Below, in pieces: positions 63,021 to 64,000 of a DNA stretch of 64,000 bases (position 1 is its first letter; every line of letters begins with the position of its first letter). The DNA is from Negaprion brevirostris (taxonomy: Eukaryota). Position numbers and translations under genes: made by a program. The notes below the pieces were generated by a model, which was not told the DNA's origin, searched no databases, and saw only the letters and a program-made list of their open reading frames with translations. Location of the stretch: assembly GCA_030324005.1 (NCBI GenBank), contig JARDVH010000106.1:45229237-45293236 (forward strand), written 5' to 3'.

Positions 63021-64000
63021 GCTTTCAAACAATGTCAGCGTCTTAATTAATCACAGCAATTGTACACCATTATGTATGAGATAAATAAAGTGTGTAGTTT
63101 TTGTACAAGCTATATAATTAACTTTTGTTTGGGTGATAAGCAATCCTGATGGCTGTTTGGTAATATGCAAATTAATAGAAAAAATTAAATTATGTGATAA
63201 CGTGAGCCAAACAATTTGCCAACACAAACAAGTACCAAAACTTGCCATGCAATTATTTTTCACCTCAACTTTATTTGTTGATGTTTTAGAACATCAGTCA
63301 CCTACTCATTATAAACATCAGCCAGTACAACAATAAAACACACCCATAGGTAATGCTGTTTGTAAACATTTTAAAACACTTATAGATACCTGCCTTTCTG
63401 CAAACTCTGCCACTTTACATGATGCATGGAGAGACGCACTAAAGCTTTGTGTAGTTGCTGCAAAGATTAATGGGGAAAGGTGACTTTCTAAGGCTCTCCT
63501 GCTATTGTACAAGGGATGTATGTTTGCCATGAAATAAATATTGTAAATATAAGTTGTAACACTAAGGCACATCAGAGTGTGCCACACATTATACTTAAAG
63601 AAATTGATTTGTTCTGGGGGAAAAAAAAACCTCTGCTAGTTCACATGTGCTTTTCTAAGAACATAACAGAGTTTAAAAAAGACAGAAAATTATTCTTGTA
63701 CCCCCTCTCAAGTGTGACCAGTGATTGTGCATAGGTGTTCCTATCTGACATGACAAAAATTCTAATAATCGTGGCCATTACAATTCTGCATTTTTGCACC
63801 CTCCTCACTACAGTCCTGTTAATAATTTTCATAAATATTATAGTGTGAATATGGCCATAAGATTTATTAGAAACTCCACCAACAGAGGGTGCTATGGCAT
63901 AGAGTAAATTCAGCTGAATATTTGTAGGTCTCATTGAATTTTTGCATTTTTTTTCCAACATAGGAGAGAAGGTTTTATGGAGGAATCACTCTGCCTCCAT

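Overview
Eukaryotic genomic DNA from a gapped draft assembly. The repeat families (V-domain tRNA-SINEs of HE1 type, DeuSINE, CR1, L2, Rex1, Penelope-type ends) point to a cartilaginous fish, probably a shark. The only recognisable host gene is sialic acid synthase NANS on the minus strand. Exons equivalent to human exons 2, 3 and 4 (216, 100 and 155 bp) are intact with GT-AG junctions, but I could not find exons 1, 5 or 6 in the sequenced bases. The rest is mostly decayed transposons and AT-rich unique sequence. Notable items are a complete old Gypsy LTR element with both LTRs, a PBS and a 5-bp TSD, and a family of short Penelope-derived hairpin insertions with 11-15-bp TSDs that carry minimal hammerhead ribozyme cores. 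Most ORFs in the supplied track are spurious or run through N gaps. Repeat family names and boundaries were assigned by eye and are approximate.
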